From NCBI RefSeq assembly GCF_009914755.1, contig NC_060948.1: DNA of 64,000 bases; one strand, written 5' to 3'. This document shows positions 24,928 through 39,138 of the stretch, one piece after another. Source of the stretch: the human T2T-CHM13v2.0 reference genome, Homo sapiens. The stretch's first letter is position 1. Each line of letters opens with the position of its first letter. Both the position numbers and the translations under genes were made by a program. Below the pieces are notes generated by a model that did not search any database, was not told where the DNA came from, and saw only the letters and a list, made by a program, of their open reading frames with translations.

Positions 24928-27900
24928 TCGAACTGAAGAGACTGGAATGGAATGCACTGGAATGGAAGGGAGTGTAATGGAAGGTTCTCGAAAAAAATGG
25001 AATCGAATGGATTGGAATTGAATGGAACGGAATAGAGTCGAATGGAATTGAATGGAATGGAATGGACTAGAGTGAAATGGAATCGAACCACAAGGAATGG
25101 ACAGGAATAGAATGGTCTCGAATTGAATGGAATCGTATGGAATGGCATCAAACGGAATGGAATGGACAGCCACGGAATGGAATGCACTCGAATGCAATGG
25201 AGTCGAAACTAATGGACTGGAATAGAATGGACTCGACTGGTACGGACTCCAATGGAATGGAATCGAATGGAAGGGAATCGAACGGAATGGACTCGAAGGG
25301 AAAAGACTGCAATGGAAAGGTCTCGAATGGAATGGAAATTAATGGAATGGAATGGAATCGAATGAAATGGAGTCAAAAGGAATGGAATCGAATGGCAAGA
25401 AATCGAATGTAATGGAATCGCAAGGAATTGATGTGAACGGAACGGAATGGAATGGAATCCAAAGGAATGGAATAGAATGGAATGGAATCGAATGGAAAGG
25501 ACTCGAATGGAAATCACTCGAATAGAATGCAATTTAATAAAATAGGATCAAATGGAATGGCATGGAATGGAAAGGAATCGAAACGAAAGGAATGGAGACA
25601 GATGGAATGGAATGGAACAGAGAGCAATGGTATAGAATGGAATGGAATCATCTGTAATGGAATTGAATGGAATGGAATAATATGAAATGGAATGGAATGG
25701 AATGGAATGGAATGCCCTTGAATTAAATGGACTGGAATGGAATGGACTCAAACAGAGTGGAATGGAAAGTGTGGAGATAGAATGGAATGAACTCCTTTAG
25801 AATGGTGTAGTATGCAATGCAATCGACTGGCAGGGAATCAAAAGGAATGTAATCGAATGGATTGGACTGGAATGCAATGGACTCGAATAGATTGCAAACG
25901 GAATGCAAAGGAATGGAATGGAATAGTATGGAATGGAATGGAAAGGAATGGAGTGGAATAGACTAGAGTGGAATGGAATGGACTGGAAAGAAATGGACTG
26001 GAATGGAACTTTCTTGAATGGACTGGAATCAAACGGAATGGAATGCAATGCAATCAAATGGCATGGAATAAAATAGAATGAAAGAGAATCAAATGGAATT
26101 GAATCGAATGGAATCGAATGGATTGGAAAGGAATAGAATGGAATGGAATGGAATTGACTCAAATGGAATGGACTAGAATGGAATGGATTCGAATGGAAGG
26201 CAAAGGAATGGAATCTATTGGAATGGACTGTAATGGAATGGATTGGAAGGGATTGGAATGGACTGCAATAGAAAGGATTCGAATGGAATGAAAAAGAATT
26301 GAATGGAATAGAACAGAATGGAATCAAATCGAATGAAATGGAATGGAATAGAAAGGAATGGAATGAAATGGAATGGAAAGGATTCGAATGGAATGCAATC
26401 GAATGGAATGGAATCGAACGGAATGGAATAAAATGGAAGAAAACTGGCAAGAAATGGAATCGAAATGAATGGAGTGTTATGGAACGGACTCAAAAGGAAT
26501 TGAATGTAATAGAATGGAGTGGAGTGGACTCGAATATAATGGACTGGAATGGAATGAAATCACATGGAATGGGAACGAATGGAATGGAATGGAAAGGAAT
26601 GGAATCGAATGGAAAGGAATCGAATGGAAGGGAATGAAATTGAATCAACAGGAATGGAAGGGAATAGAATAGACGGTAATGGAATGGACTCGAATAGAAT
26701 GGACACGAATGCTCAAATTGAATGGACTCGAATGGAATGGAAACGAAAGGAATGTCATCGAATGGAATTGAATCGATTGGAATGAAATCGCATAGAATGG
26801 AGTGGAATCAAATGGAATTGAATCGAAAGGAAAGGAAGCGAATGGACTGAAATGAAATGGAATGGAATTGAATGGAAAGTAATGCAATGGAATAGAATGG
26901 AACGAAATTTCACGGAATGGAATCAAACTGAATGGAATCAAATCAATGGAATCAAATCAAATGGAATGGAAAGGAATGGAATGGAGTAGATTGGATTGGA
27001 TGGGATTGGAATGAAATGTACTGGAAAGGACTCGAATTTCATGAAACGGAATGGAATGAATTGGAACGGAATGGACTCGAATGGAATGGAATGTCATGGA
27101 ATGGCATCAAATGGAATGGCATCAAATGGAATGGAATCGAATGCAATGGAATGCTATGGAATGGAATGGAATGCATTGGAATGGAATGTCCTCTAATGGA
27201 ATGGATTCGAGTGGAATGGAATCGAATATAATGGAGTCGAATGAAATGGAATTGAAAGGAATGGGATCGAATACAATGGAATATACTGGAATGTAATGTA
27301 ATGAACTCGAATGTAATTGACTGGAATGGAATGTACATGAATGGAATGTAATCGAATGGAAAGTAATCCAATGGAATAGAATCTAATGCAATAAAATCGA
27401 CTCAGATAGAGTAGAATGTAATGGAATGGAGTGCAGTGCAATGGAATGGAATGGAATGGAATGCAATGGAATGGAATGGAATGGAATGGAATGGAATTGA
27501 ATGGGATGGAATGGTATGGAATGGACAGTAATGGACTGGAGTGAAATGGACTGCAAAGGAATGGACTCAAATTGAAAGGGCTCGAAAGGAATGGAGACAA
27601 ATGGAATGGTCTGGAATGGAATGAACACGAATGTAATGCAATCCAATAGAATGGAGTCGAATGGCATGGAATATAAAGAAATGGAATCGAAGAGAATGGA
27701 AACAAATGGAATGGAATTGAATGGAATGGAATTGAATGGAATGGGAACGAATGGAGTGAAATTGTATGCAGTAGAAGAGAATAGAATGGAATGCAAGCGA
27801 AAGGAAAGGAATGGATTGGAATGGAATGGAATTCATTGGAATGGAAGGGAATGTAGTGTAATGGACAGGCCTGGAATAAAGTGGAATGCTACGGTCTCGA

Positions 27901-28461
27901 ATGGAATAAAAATGTATGGAATGGAATGCAATGAAACGGAATCGAATGTCATAGAATGTAATGGAATGCAAAAAAATGGAATCCAAAATCATTGACTGGA
28001 AAGGCTGGGTGTCGAAAGGAATTGACTCCAATGGAATGGAATCGAATGGAATGGAAGTGAATAGAATCGAACTAAATCGAATGGAATGGAATTGATAGGA
28101 ACGGAATGGAAAGGAATGCAATGATTTGGCATGGAATGGAATCGAATGGCATCGAATGGAATGGAATGGAATGCAATGGAATGGAATGTATTAGAATGTA
28201 ATGAACTTTAATGGAATGTACTCGAATGGATTCGACTGGAATGGAATGTTCTGGAAGTGAATGGACTCCAATGGAATGGATTCAAAAGGAATGGAATCGT
28301 ACGGAATGGAATCTAATGGAATGGAATTAAATGGAAATGAATCAAATTGAATAGCACGGAATTGAATTGAATGGAATGGAATGCAATGGAATCTAATGAA
28401 ACGGAAAGGAAAGGAATGGAATGGGCTGGAATGGAAAGGAATCGAAACGAATGGAATGGAA
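24928..28461 (+). repeat. DYZ1 unit 8 (3534 bp)
   Basis: Landmark spacing; 15-bp deletion near 26260 and 10-bp deletion near 28415. Confidence 0.92.
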
Positions 28462-31400
28462 TCGAACTGAAGAGACTGGAATGGAATGCACTGGAATGGA
28501 AGGGAGTGTAATGGAAGGTTCTCGAAAAAAATGGAATCGAATGGAATGGAATTGAATGGAACGGAATAGAGTCGAATGGAATTGAATGGAATGGAATGGA
28601 CTAGAGTGAAATGGAATCGAACCACAAGGAATGGACAGGAATAGAATGGTCTCGAATTGAATGGAATCGTATGGAATGGCATTAAACGGAATGGAATGGA
28701 CAGCCACGGAATGGAATGCACTCGAATGCAATGGAGTCGAAACTAATGGACTGGAATAGAATGGACTCGACTGGTACGGACTCCAATGGAATGGAATCGA
28801 ATGGAAGGGAATCGAACGGAATGGACTCGAAGGGAAAAGACTGCAATGGAAAGGTCTCGAATGGAATGGAAATTAATGGAATGGAATGGAATCGAATGAA
28901 ATGGAGTCAAAAGGAATGGAATCGAATGGCAAGAAATCGAATGTAATGGAATCGCAAGGAATTGATGTGAACGGAACGGAATGGAATGGAATCCAAAGGA
29001 ATGGAATAGAATGGAATGGAATCGAATGGAAAGGACTCGAATGGAAATCACTCGAATAGAATGCAATTTAATAAAATAGGATCAAATGTAATGGAATGGA
29101 ATGGAAAGGAATCGAAACGAAAGGAATGGAGACAGATGGAATGGAATGGAACAGAGAGCAATGGTATAGAATGGAATGGAATCATCTGGAATGGAATTGA
29201 ATGGAATGGAATAATATGAAATGGAATGGAATGGAATGGAATGGAATGTCCTTGAATTAAATGGACTGGAATGGAATGGACTCGAACAGAGTGGAATGGA
29301 AAGTGTTGAGATAGAATGGAATGGACTCCTTTGGAATGGTGTAGTATGCAATGCAATCGACTGGCAGGGAATCAAAAGGAATGTAATGGAATGGACTGGA
29401 CTGCAATGCAATGGACTCGAATAGATTGGAAACGGAATGCAAAGGAATGGAATGGAATAGTATGGAATGGAATGGAAAGGAATGGAGTGGAATAGACTAG
29501 AGTGGAATGGAATGGACTGGAAAGCAATGGACTGGAATGGAACTTTCTTGAATGGACTGGAATCAAACGGAATGGAATGCAATGCAATCAAATGGCATGG
29601 AATAAAATAGAATGAAAGAGAATGAAATGGAATTGAATCGAATGGAATCGAATGGATTGGAAAGGAATAGAATGGAATGGAATGGAATTGACTCAAATGG
29701 AATGGACTAGAATGGAATGGATTCGAATGGAAGGCAAAGGAATGGAATCTATTGGAATGGACTGTAATGGAATGGAATGGAAGGGATTGGAATGGACTCG
29801 AATGGAATGGACTGCAATAGAAAGGATTCGAATGGAATGAAAAAGAATTGAATGGAATAGAACAGAATGGAATCAAATCGAATGAAATGGAATGGAATAG
29901 AAAGGAAAGGAATGAAATGGAATGGAAAGGATTCGAATGGAATGCAATCGAATGGAATGGAATCGAACGGAATGGAATAAAATGGAAGAAAACCGGCAAG
30001 AAATGGAATCGAAAGGAATGGAGTGTTATGGAACGGACTCAAAAGGAATTGTATGTAATAGAATGGAGTGGAGTGGACTCGAATATAATGGACTGGAATG
30101 GAATGAAATCACATGGAATGGGAACGAATGGAATGGAATGGAAAGGAATGGAATCGAATGGAAAGGAATCGAATGGAAGGGAATAAAATTGAATCAACAG
30201 GAATGGAAGGGAATAGAATAGACGGTAATGGAATGGACTCGAATAGAATGGACACGAATTCTCAAATTGAATGGACTCGAATGGAATGGAAACGAAAGGA
30301 ATGTCATCGAATGGAATTGAATCGATTGGAATGAAATCGCATAGAATGGAGTGGAATCAAATGGAATTTAATCGAAAGGAAAGGAAGCGAATGGACTGAA
30401 ATGAAATGGAATGGAATTGAATGGAAAGTAATGCAATGGAATAGAATGGAACGAAATTTCACGGAATGGAATCAAACTGAATGGAATCAAATCAATGGAA
30501 TCAAATCAAATGGAATGGAAAGGAATTGAATGGAGTAGATTGGATTGGATGGGATTGGAATGATATGTACTGGAAAGGACTCGAATTTCATGAAACGGAA
30601 TGGAATGAATTGGAAAGGAATGGACTCGAATGGAATGGAATGTCATGGAATGGCATCAAATGGAATGGCATCAAATGGAATGGAATCGAATGCAATGGAA
30701 TGCTATGGAATGGAATGGAATGCATTGGAATGGAATGTCCTCTAATGGAATGGATTCGAGTGGAATGGAATCGAATATAATGGAGTCGAATGAAATGGAA
30801 TTGAAAGGAATGGGATCGAATACAATGGAATATACTGGAATGTAATGTAATGAACTCGAATGTAATTGACTGGAATGGAATGTACATGAATGGAATGTAA
30901 TCGAATGGAAAGTAATCCAATGGAATAGAATCTAATGCAATAAAATCGACTCAGATAGAGTAGAATGTAATAGAATGGAGTGCAGTTCAATGCAATGGAA
31001 TGGAATGGAATGCAATGGAATGGAATGGAATGGAATGGAATGGAATGGAATGGGATGGAATGGTATGGAATGGATAGTAATGGACTGGAGTGAAATGGAC
31101 TGGAAAGGAATGGACTCAAATTGAAAGGTCTCGAAAGGAATGGATTCAAATGGAATGGTCTGGAATGGAATGAACACGAATGTAATGCAATCCAATAGAA
31201 TGGAATCGAATGGCATGGAATATAAAGAAATGGAATCGAAGAGAATGGAAACAAATGGAATGGAATTGAATGGAATGGAATTGAATGGAATGGGAACGAA
31301 TGGAGTGAAATTGTATGCAGTAGAAGAGAATAGAATGGAATGCAAGCGAAAGGAAAGGAATGGATTGGAATGGAATGGAATTCATTGGAATGGAAGGGAA

Positions 31401-32020
31401 TGTAGTGTAATGGACAGGCCTGGAATAAAGTGGAATGCTACGGTCTCGAATGGAATAAAAATGTATGGAATGGAATGCAATGAAACGGAATCGAATGTCA
31501 TAGAATGTAATGGAATGCAAAAAAATGGAATCCAAAATCATTGACTGGAAAGGCTGGGTGTCGAAAGGAATTGACTCCAATGGAATGGAATCGAATGGAA
31601 TGGAAGTGAATAGAATCGAACTAAATCGAATGGAATGGAATTGATAGGAACGGAATGGAAAGGAATGCAATGATTTGGCATGGAATGGAATCGAATGACA
31701 TCGAAAGGAATGGAATGGAATGCAATGGAATGGAATGTATTAGAATGTAATGAACTTTAATGGAATGTACTCGAATGGATTCGACTGGAATGGAATGTTC
31801 TGGAAGTGAATGGACTCCAATGGAATGGATTCAAAAGGAATGGAATCGTACGGAATGGAATCTAATGGAATGGAATTAAATGGAAATGAATCAAATTGAA
31901 TAGCACGGAATTGAATTGAATGGAATGGAATGCAATGGAATCTAATGAAACGGAAAGGAAAGGAATGGAATGGAATGGAATGGGCTGGAATGGAAAGGAA
32001 TCGAAACGAATGGAATGGAA
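28462..32020 (+). repeat. DYZ1 unit 9 (3559 bp)
   Basis: Landmark spacing. Confidence 0.92.
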
Positions 32021-35000
32021 TCGAACTGAAGAGACTGGAATGGAATGCACTGGAATGGAAGGGAGTGTAATGGAAGGTTCTCGAAAAAAATGGAATGGAA
32101 TGGAATGGAATTGAATGGAACGGAATAGAGTCGAATGGAATTGAATGGAATGGAATGGACTAGAGTGAAATGGAATCGAACCACAAGGAATGGACAGGAA
32201 TAGAATGGTCTCGAATTGAATGGAATCGTATGGAATGGCATCAAACGGAATGGAATGGACAGCCACGGAATGGAATGCACTCGAATGCAATGGAGTCGAA
32301 ACTAATGGACTGGAATAGAATGGACTCGACTGGTACGGACTCCAATGGAATGGAATCGAATGGAAGGGAATCGAACGGAATGGACTCGAAGGGAAAAGAC
32401 TGCAATGGAAAGGTCTCGAATGGAATGGAAATTAATGGAATGGAATGGAATCGAATGAAATGGAGTCAAAAGGAATGGAATCGAATGGCAAGAAATCGAA
32501 TGTAATGGAATCGCAAGGAATTGATGTGAACGGAACGGAATGGAATGGAATCCAAAGGAATGGAATAGAATGGAATGGAATCGAATGGAAAGGACTCGAA
32601 TGGAAATCACTCGAATAGAATGCAATTTAATAAAATAGGATCAAATGTAATGGAATGGAATGGAAAGGAATCGAAACGAAAGGAATGGAGACAGATGGAA
32701 TGGAATGGAACAGAGAGCAATGGTATAGAATGGAATGGAATCATCTGGAATGGAATTGAATGGAATGGAATAATATGAAATGGAATGGAATGGAATGGAA
32801 TGGAATGCCCTTGAATTAAATGGACTGGAATGGAATGGACTCGAACAGAGTGGAATGGAAAGTGTTGAGATAGAATGGAATGGACTCCTTTGGAATGGTG
32901 TAGTATGCAATGCAATCGACTGGCAGGGAATCAAAAGGAATGTAATGGAATGGACTGGACTGGAATGCAATGGACTCGAATAGATTGGAAACGGAATGCA
33001 AAGGAATGGAATGGAATAGTATGGAATGGAATGGAAAGGAATGGAGTGGAATAGACTAGAGTGGAATGGAATGGACTGGAAAGCAATGGACTGGCATGGA
33101 TCTTTCTTGAATGGACTGGAATCAAACGGAATGGAATGCAATGCAATCAAATGGCATGGAATAAAATAGAATGAAAGAGAATCAAATGGAATTGAATCGA
33201 ATGGAATCGAATGGATTGGAAAGGAATAGAATGGAATGGAATGGAATTGACTCAAATGGAATGGACTAGAATGGAATGGATTCGAATGGAAGGCAAAGGA
33301 ATGGAATCTATTGGAATGGACTGTAATGGAATGGAATGGAAGGGATTGGAATGGACTCGAATGGAATGGACTGCAATAGAAAGGATTCGAATGGAATGAA
33401 AAAGAATTGAATGGAATAGAACAGAATGGAATCAAATCGAATGAAATGGAATGGAATAGAAAGGAATGGAATGAAATGGAATGGAAAGGATTCGAATGGA
33501 ATGCAATCGAATGGAATGGAATCGAACGGAATGGAATAAAATGGAAGAAAACTGGCAAGAAATGGAATCGAAATGAATGGAGTGTTATGGAATGGACTCA
33601 AAAGGAATTGAATGTAATAGAATGGAGTGGAGTGGACTCGAATATAATGGACTGGAATGGAATGAAATCACATGGAATGGGAACGAATGGAATGGAATGG
33701 AAAGGAATGGAATCGAATGGAAAGGAATCGAATGGAAGGGAATGAAATTGAATCAACAGGAATGGAAGGGAACAGAATAGACGGCAATGGAATGGACTCG
33801 AATAGAATGGACACGAATGCTCAAATTGAATGGACTCGAATGGAATGGAAACGAAAGGAATGTCATCGAATGGAATTGAATCGATTGGAATGAAATCGCA
33901 TAGAATGGAGTGGAATCAAATGGAATTGAATCGAAAGGAAAGGAAGCGAATGGACTGAAATGAAATGGAATGGAATTGAATGGAAAGTAATGCAATGGAA
34001 TAGAATGGAACGAAATTTCACGGAATGGAATCAAACTGAATGGAATCAAATCAATGGAATCTAATCAAATGGAATGGAAAGGAATTGAATGGAGTAGATT
34101 GGATTGGATGGGATTGGAATGAAATGTACTGGAAAGGACTCGAATTTCATGAAACGGAATGGAATGAATTGGAACGGAATGGACTCGAATGGAATGGAAT
34201 GTCATGGAATGGCATCAAATGGAATGGCATCAAATGGAATGGAATCGAATGCAATGGAATGGTATGGAATGGAATGGAATGCATTGGAATGGAATGTCCT
34301 CTAATGGAATGGATTCGAGTGGAATGGAATCGAATATAATGGAGTCGAATGAAATGGAATTGAAAGGAATGGGATCGAATACAATGGAATATACTGGAAT
34401 GTAATGTAATGAACTCGAATGTAATTGACTGGAATGGAATGTACATGAATGGAATGTAATCGAATGGAAAGTAATCCAATGGAATAGAATCTAATGTAAT
34501 AAAATCGACTCAGATAGAGTAGAATGTAATGGAATGGAGTGCAGTGCAATGCAATGGAATGGAATGCAATGGAATGGAATGGAATGGAATGGAATGGAAT
34601 GGAATGGAATGGAATGGAATGGGATGGAATGGTATGGAATGGATAGTAATGGACTGGAGTGAAATGGACTGGAAAGGAATGGACTCAAATTGAAAGGGCT
34701 CGAAAGGAATGGATTCAAATGGAATGGTCTGTAATGGAATGAACACGAAAGTAATGCAATCCAATAGAATGGAATCGAATGGCATGGAATATAAAGAAAT
34801 GGAATCGAAGAGAATGGAAACAAATGGAATGGAATTGAATGGAATGGAATTGAATGGAATGGGAACGAATGGAGTGAAATTGTATGCAGTAGAAGGGAAT
34901 AGAATGGAATGCAAGCGAAAGGAAAGGAATGGATTGGAATGGAATGGAATTCATTGGAATGGAAGGGAATGTAGTGTAATGGACAGGCCTGGAATAAAGT

Positions 35001-35589
35001 GGAATGCTACGGTCTCGAATGGAATAAAAATGTATGGAATGGAATGCAATGAAACGGAATCGAATGTCATAGAATGTAATGGAATGCAAAAAAATGGAAT
35101 CCAAAATCATTGACTGGAAAGGCTGGGTGTCGAAAGGAATTGACTCCAATGGAATGGAATCGAATGGAATGGAAGTGAATAGAATCGAACTAAATCGAAT
35201 GGAATGGAATTGATAGGAACGGAATGGAAAGGAATGCAATGATTTGGCATGGAATGGAATCGAATGACATCGAATGGAATGGAATGGAATGCAATGGAAT
35301 GGAATGTATTAGAATGTAATGAACTTTAATGGAATGTACTCGAATGGATTCGACTGGAATGGAATGTTCTGGAAGTGAATGGACTCCAATGGAATGGATT
35401 CCAAAGGAATGGAATCGTACGGAATGGAATCTAATGGAATGGAATTAAATGGAAATGAATCAAATTGAATAGCACGGAATTGAATTGAATGGAATGGAAT
35501 GCAATGGAATCTAATGAAACGGAAAGGAAAGGAATGGAATGGAATGGAATGGGCTGGAATGGAAAGGAATCGAAACGAATGGAATGGAA
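32021..35589 (+). repeat. DYZ1 unit 10 (3569 bp)
   Basis: Landmark spacing. Confidence 0.92.
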
Positions 35590-38500
35590 TCGAACTGAAG
35601 AGACTGGAATGGAATGCACTGGAATGGAAGGGAGTGTAATGGAAGGTTCTCGAAAAAAATGGAATCGAATGGAATGGAATTGAATGGAACGGAATAGAGT
35701 CGAATGGAATTGAATGGAATGGAATGGACTAGAGTGAAATGGAATCGAACCACAAGGAATGGACAGGAATAGAATGGTCTCGAATTGAATGGAATCGTAT
35801 GGAATGGCATCAAACGGAATGGAATGGACAGCCACTGAATGGAATGCACTCGAATGCAATGGAGTCGAAACTAATGGACTGGAATAGAATGGACTCGACT
35901 GGTACGGACTCCAATGGAATGGAGTCGAATGGAAGGGAATCGAACGGAATGGACTCGAAGGGAAAAGACTGCAATGGAAAGGTCTCGAATGGAATGGAAA
36001 TTAATGGAATGGAATGGAATCGAATGAAATGGAGTCAAAAGGAATGGAATCGAATGGCAAGAAATCGAATGTAATGGAATCGCAAGGAATTGATGTGAAC
36101 GGAACGGAATGGAATGGAATCCAAAGGAATGGAATAGAATGGAATGGAATCGAATGGAAAGGACTCGAATGGAAATCACTCGAATAGAATGCAATTTAAT
36201 AAAATAGGATCAAATGTAATGGAATGGAATGGAAAGGAATCGAAACGAAAGGAATGGAGACAGATGGAATGGAATGGAACAGAGAGCAATGGTATAGAAC
36301 GGAATGGAATCATCAGGAATGGAATTGAATGGAATGGAATAATATGAAATGGAATGGAATGGAATGGAATGGAATGCCCTTGAATTAAATGGACTGGAAT
36401 GGAATGGACTCGAACAGAGTGGAATGGAAAGTGTTGAGATAGAATGGAATGGACTCCTTTGGAATGGTGTAGTATGCAATGCAATCGACTGGCAGGGAAT
36501 CAAAAGGAATGTAATGGAATGGACTGGACTGGAATGCAATGGACTCGAATAGATTGGAAACGGAATGCAAAGGAATGGAATGGAATAGTATGGAATGGAA
36601 TGGAAAGGAATGGAGTGGAATAGACTAGAGTGGAATGGAATGGACTGGAAAGCAATGGACTGGAATGGATCTTTCTTGAATGGACTGGAATCAAACGGAA
36701 TGGAATGCAATGCAATCAAATGGCATGGAATAAAATAGAATGAAAGAGAATCAAATGGAATTGAATCGAATGGAATCGAATGGATTGGAAAGGAATAGAA
36801 TGGAATGGAATGGAATTGACTCAAATGGAATGGACTAGAATGGAATGGATTCGAATGGAAGGCAAAGGAATGGAATCTATTGGAATGGACTGTAATGGAA
36901 TGGAATGGAAGGGATTGGAATGGACTCGAATGGAATGGACTGCAATAGAAAGGATTCGAATGGAATGAAAAAGAATTGAATGGAATAGAACAGAATGGAA
37001 TCAAATCGAATGAAATGGAATGGAATAGAAAGGAATGGAATGAAATGGAATGGAAAGGATTCGAATGGAATGCAATCGAATGGAATGGAATCGAACGGAA
37101 TGGAATAAAATGGAAGAAAACTGGCAAGAAATGGAATCGAAATGAATGGAGTGTTATGGAACGGACTCAAAAGGAATTGAATGTAATAGAATGGAGTGGA
37201 GTGGACTCGAATATAATGGACTGGAATGGAATGAAATCACATGGAATGGGAACGAATGGAATGGAATGGAAAGGAATGGAATCGAATGGAAAGGAATCGA
37301 ATGGAAGGGAATGAAATTGAATCAACAGGAATGGAAGGGAATAGAATAGACGGTAATGGAATGGACTCGAATAGAATGGACACGAATGCTCAAATTGAAT
37401 GGACTCGAATGGAATGGAAATGAAAGGAATGTCATCGAATGGAATTGAATCGATTGGAATGAAATCGCATAGAATGGAGTGGAATCAAATGGAATTGAAT
37501 CGAAAGGAAAGGAAGCGAATGGACTGAAACGAAATGGAATGGAATTGAATGGAAAGTAATGCAATGGAATAGAATGGAACGAAATTTCACGGAATGGAAT
37601 CAAACTGAATGGAATCAAATCAATGGAATCCAATCAAATGGAATGGAGTAGATTGGATTGGATGGGATTGGAATGAAATGTACTGGAAAGGACTCGAATT
37701 TCATGAAACGAAATGGAATGAATTGGAACGGAATGGACTCGAATGGAATGGAATGTCATAGAATGGCATCAAATGGAATGGCATCAAATGGAATGGAATC
37801 GAATGCAATGGAATGCTATGGAATGGAATGGAATGCATTGGAATGGAATGTCCTCTAATGGAATGGATTCGAGTGGAATGGAATCGAATATAATGGAGTC
37901 GAATGAAATGGAATTGAAAGGAATGGGATCGAATACAATGGAATATACTGGAATGTAATGTAATGAACTCGAATGTAATTGACTGGAATGGAATGTACAT
38001 GAATGGAATGTAATCGAATGGAAAGTAATCCAATGGAATAGAATCTAATGCAATAAAATCGACTCAGATAGAGTAGAATGTAATGGAATGGAGTGCAGTG
38101 CAATGGAATGGAATGGAATGGAATGCAATGGAATGGAATGGAATGGAATGGAATGGAATGGAGTGGAATGGGATGGAATGGTATGGAATGGATAGTAATG
38201 GACTGGAGTGAAATGGACTGGAAAGGAATGGACTCAAATTGAAAGGGCTCGAAAGGAATGGAGTCAAATGGAACGGTCTGGAATGGAATGAACACGAAAG
38301 TAATGCAATCCAATAGAATGGAATCGAATGGCATGGAATATAAAGAAATGGAATCGAAGAGAATGGAAACAAATGGAATGGAATTGAATGGAATGGAATT
38401 GAATGGAATGGGAACGAATGGAGTGAAATTGTATGCAGTAGAAGGGAATAGAATGGAATGCAAGCGAAAGGAAAGGAATGGATTGGAATGGAATGGAATT

Positions 38501-39138
38501 CATTGGAATGGAAGGGAATGTAGTGTAATGGACAGGCCTGGAATAAAGTGGAATGCTACGGTCTCGAATGGAATAAAAATGTATGGAATGGAATGCAATG
38601 AAACGGAATCGAATGTCATAGAATGTAATGGAATGCAAAAAAATGGAATCCAAAATCATTGACTGGAAAGGCTGGGTGTCGAAAGGAATTGACTCCAATG
38701 GAATGGAATCGAATGGAATGGAAGTGAATAGAATCGAACTAAATCGAATGGAATGGAATTGATAGGAACGGAATGGAAAGGAATGCAATGATTTGGCACG
38801 GAATGGAATCGAATGGCATCGAATGGAATGGAATGGAATGCAATTGAATGGAACGTATTAGAATGTAATGAACTTTAATGGAATGTACTCGAATGGATTC
38901 GACTGGAATGGAATGTTCTGGAAGTGAATGGACTCCAATGGAATGGATTCAAAAGGAATGGAATCGTACGGAATGGAATCTAATGGAATGGAATTAAATG
39001 GAAATGAATCAAATTGAATAGCACGGAATTGAATTGAATGGAATGGAATGCAATGGAATCTAATGAAACGGAAAGGAAAGGAATGGAATGGAATGGAATG
39101 GACTGGAATGGAAAGGAATCGAAACGAATGGAATGGAA
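35590..39138 (+). repeat. DYZ1 unit 11 (3549 bp)
   Basis: Landmark spacing; 15-bp deletion near 37645. Confidence 0.92.
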
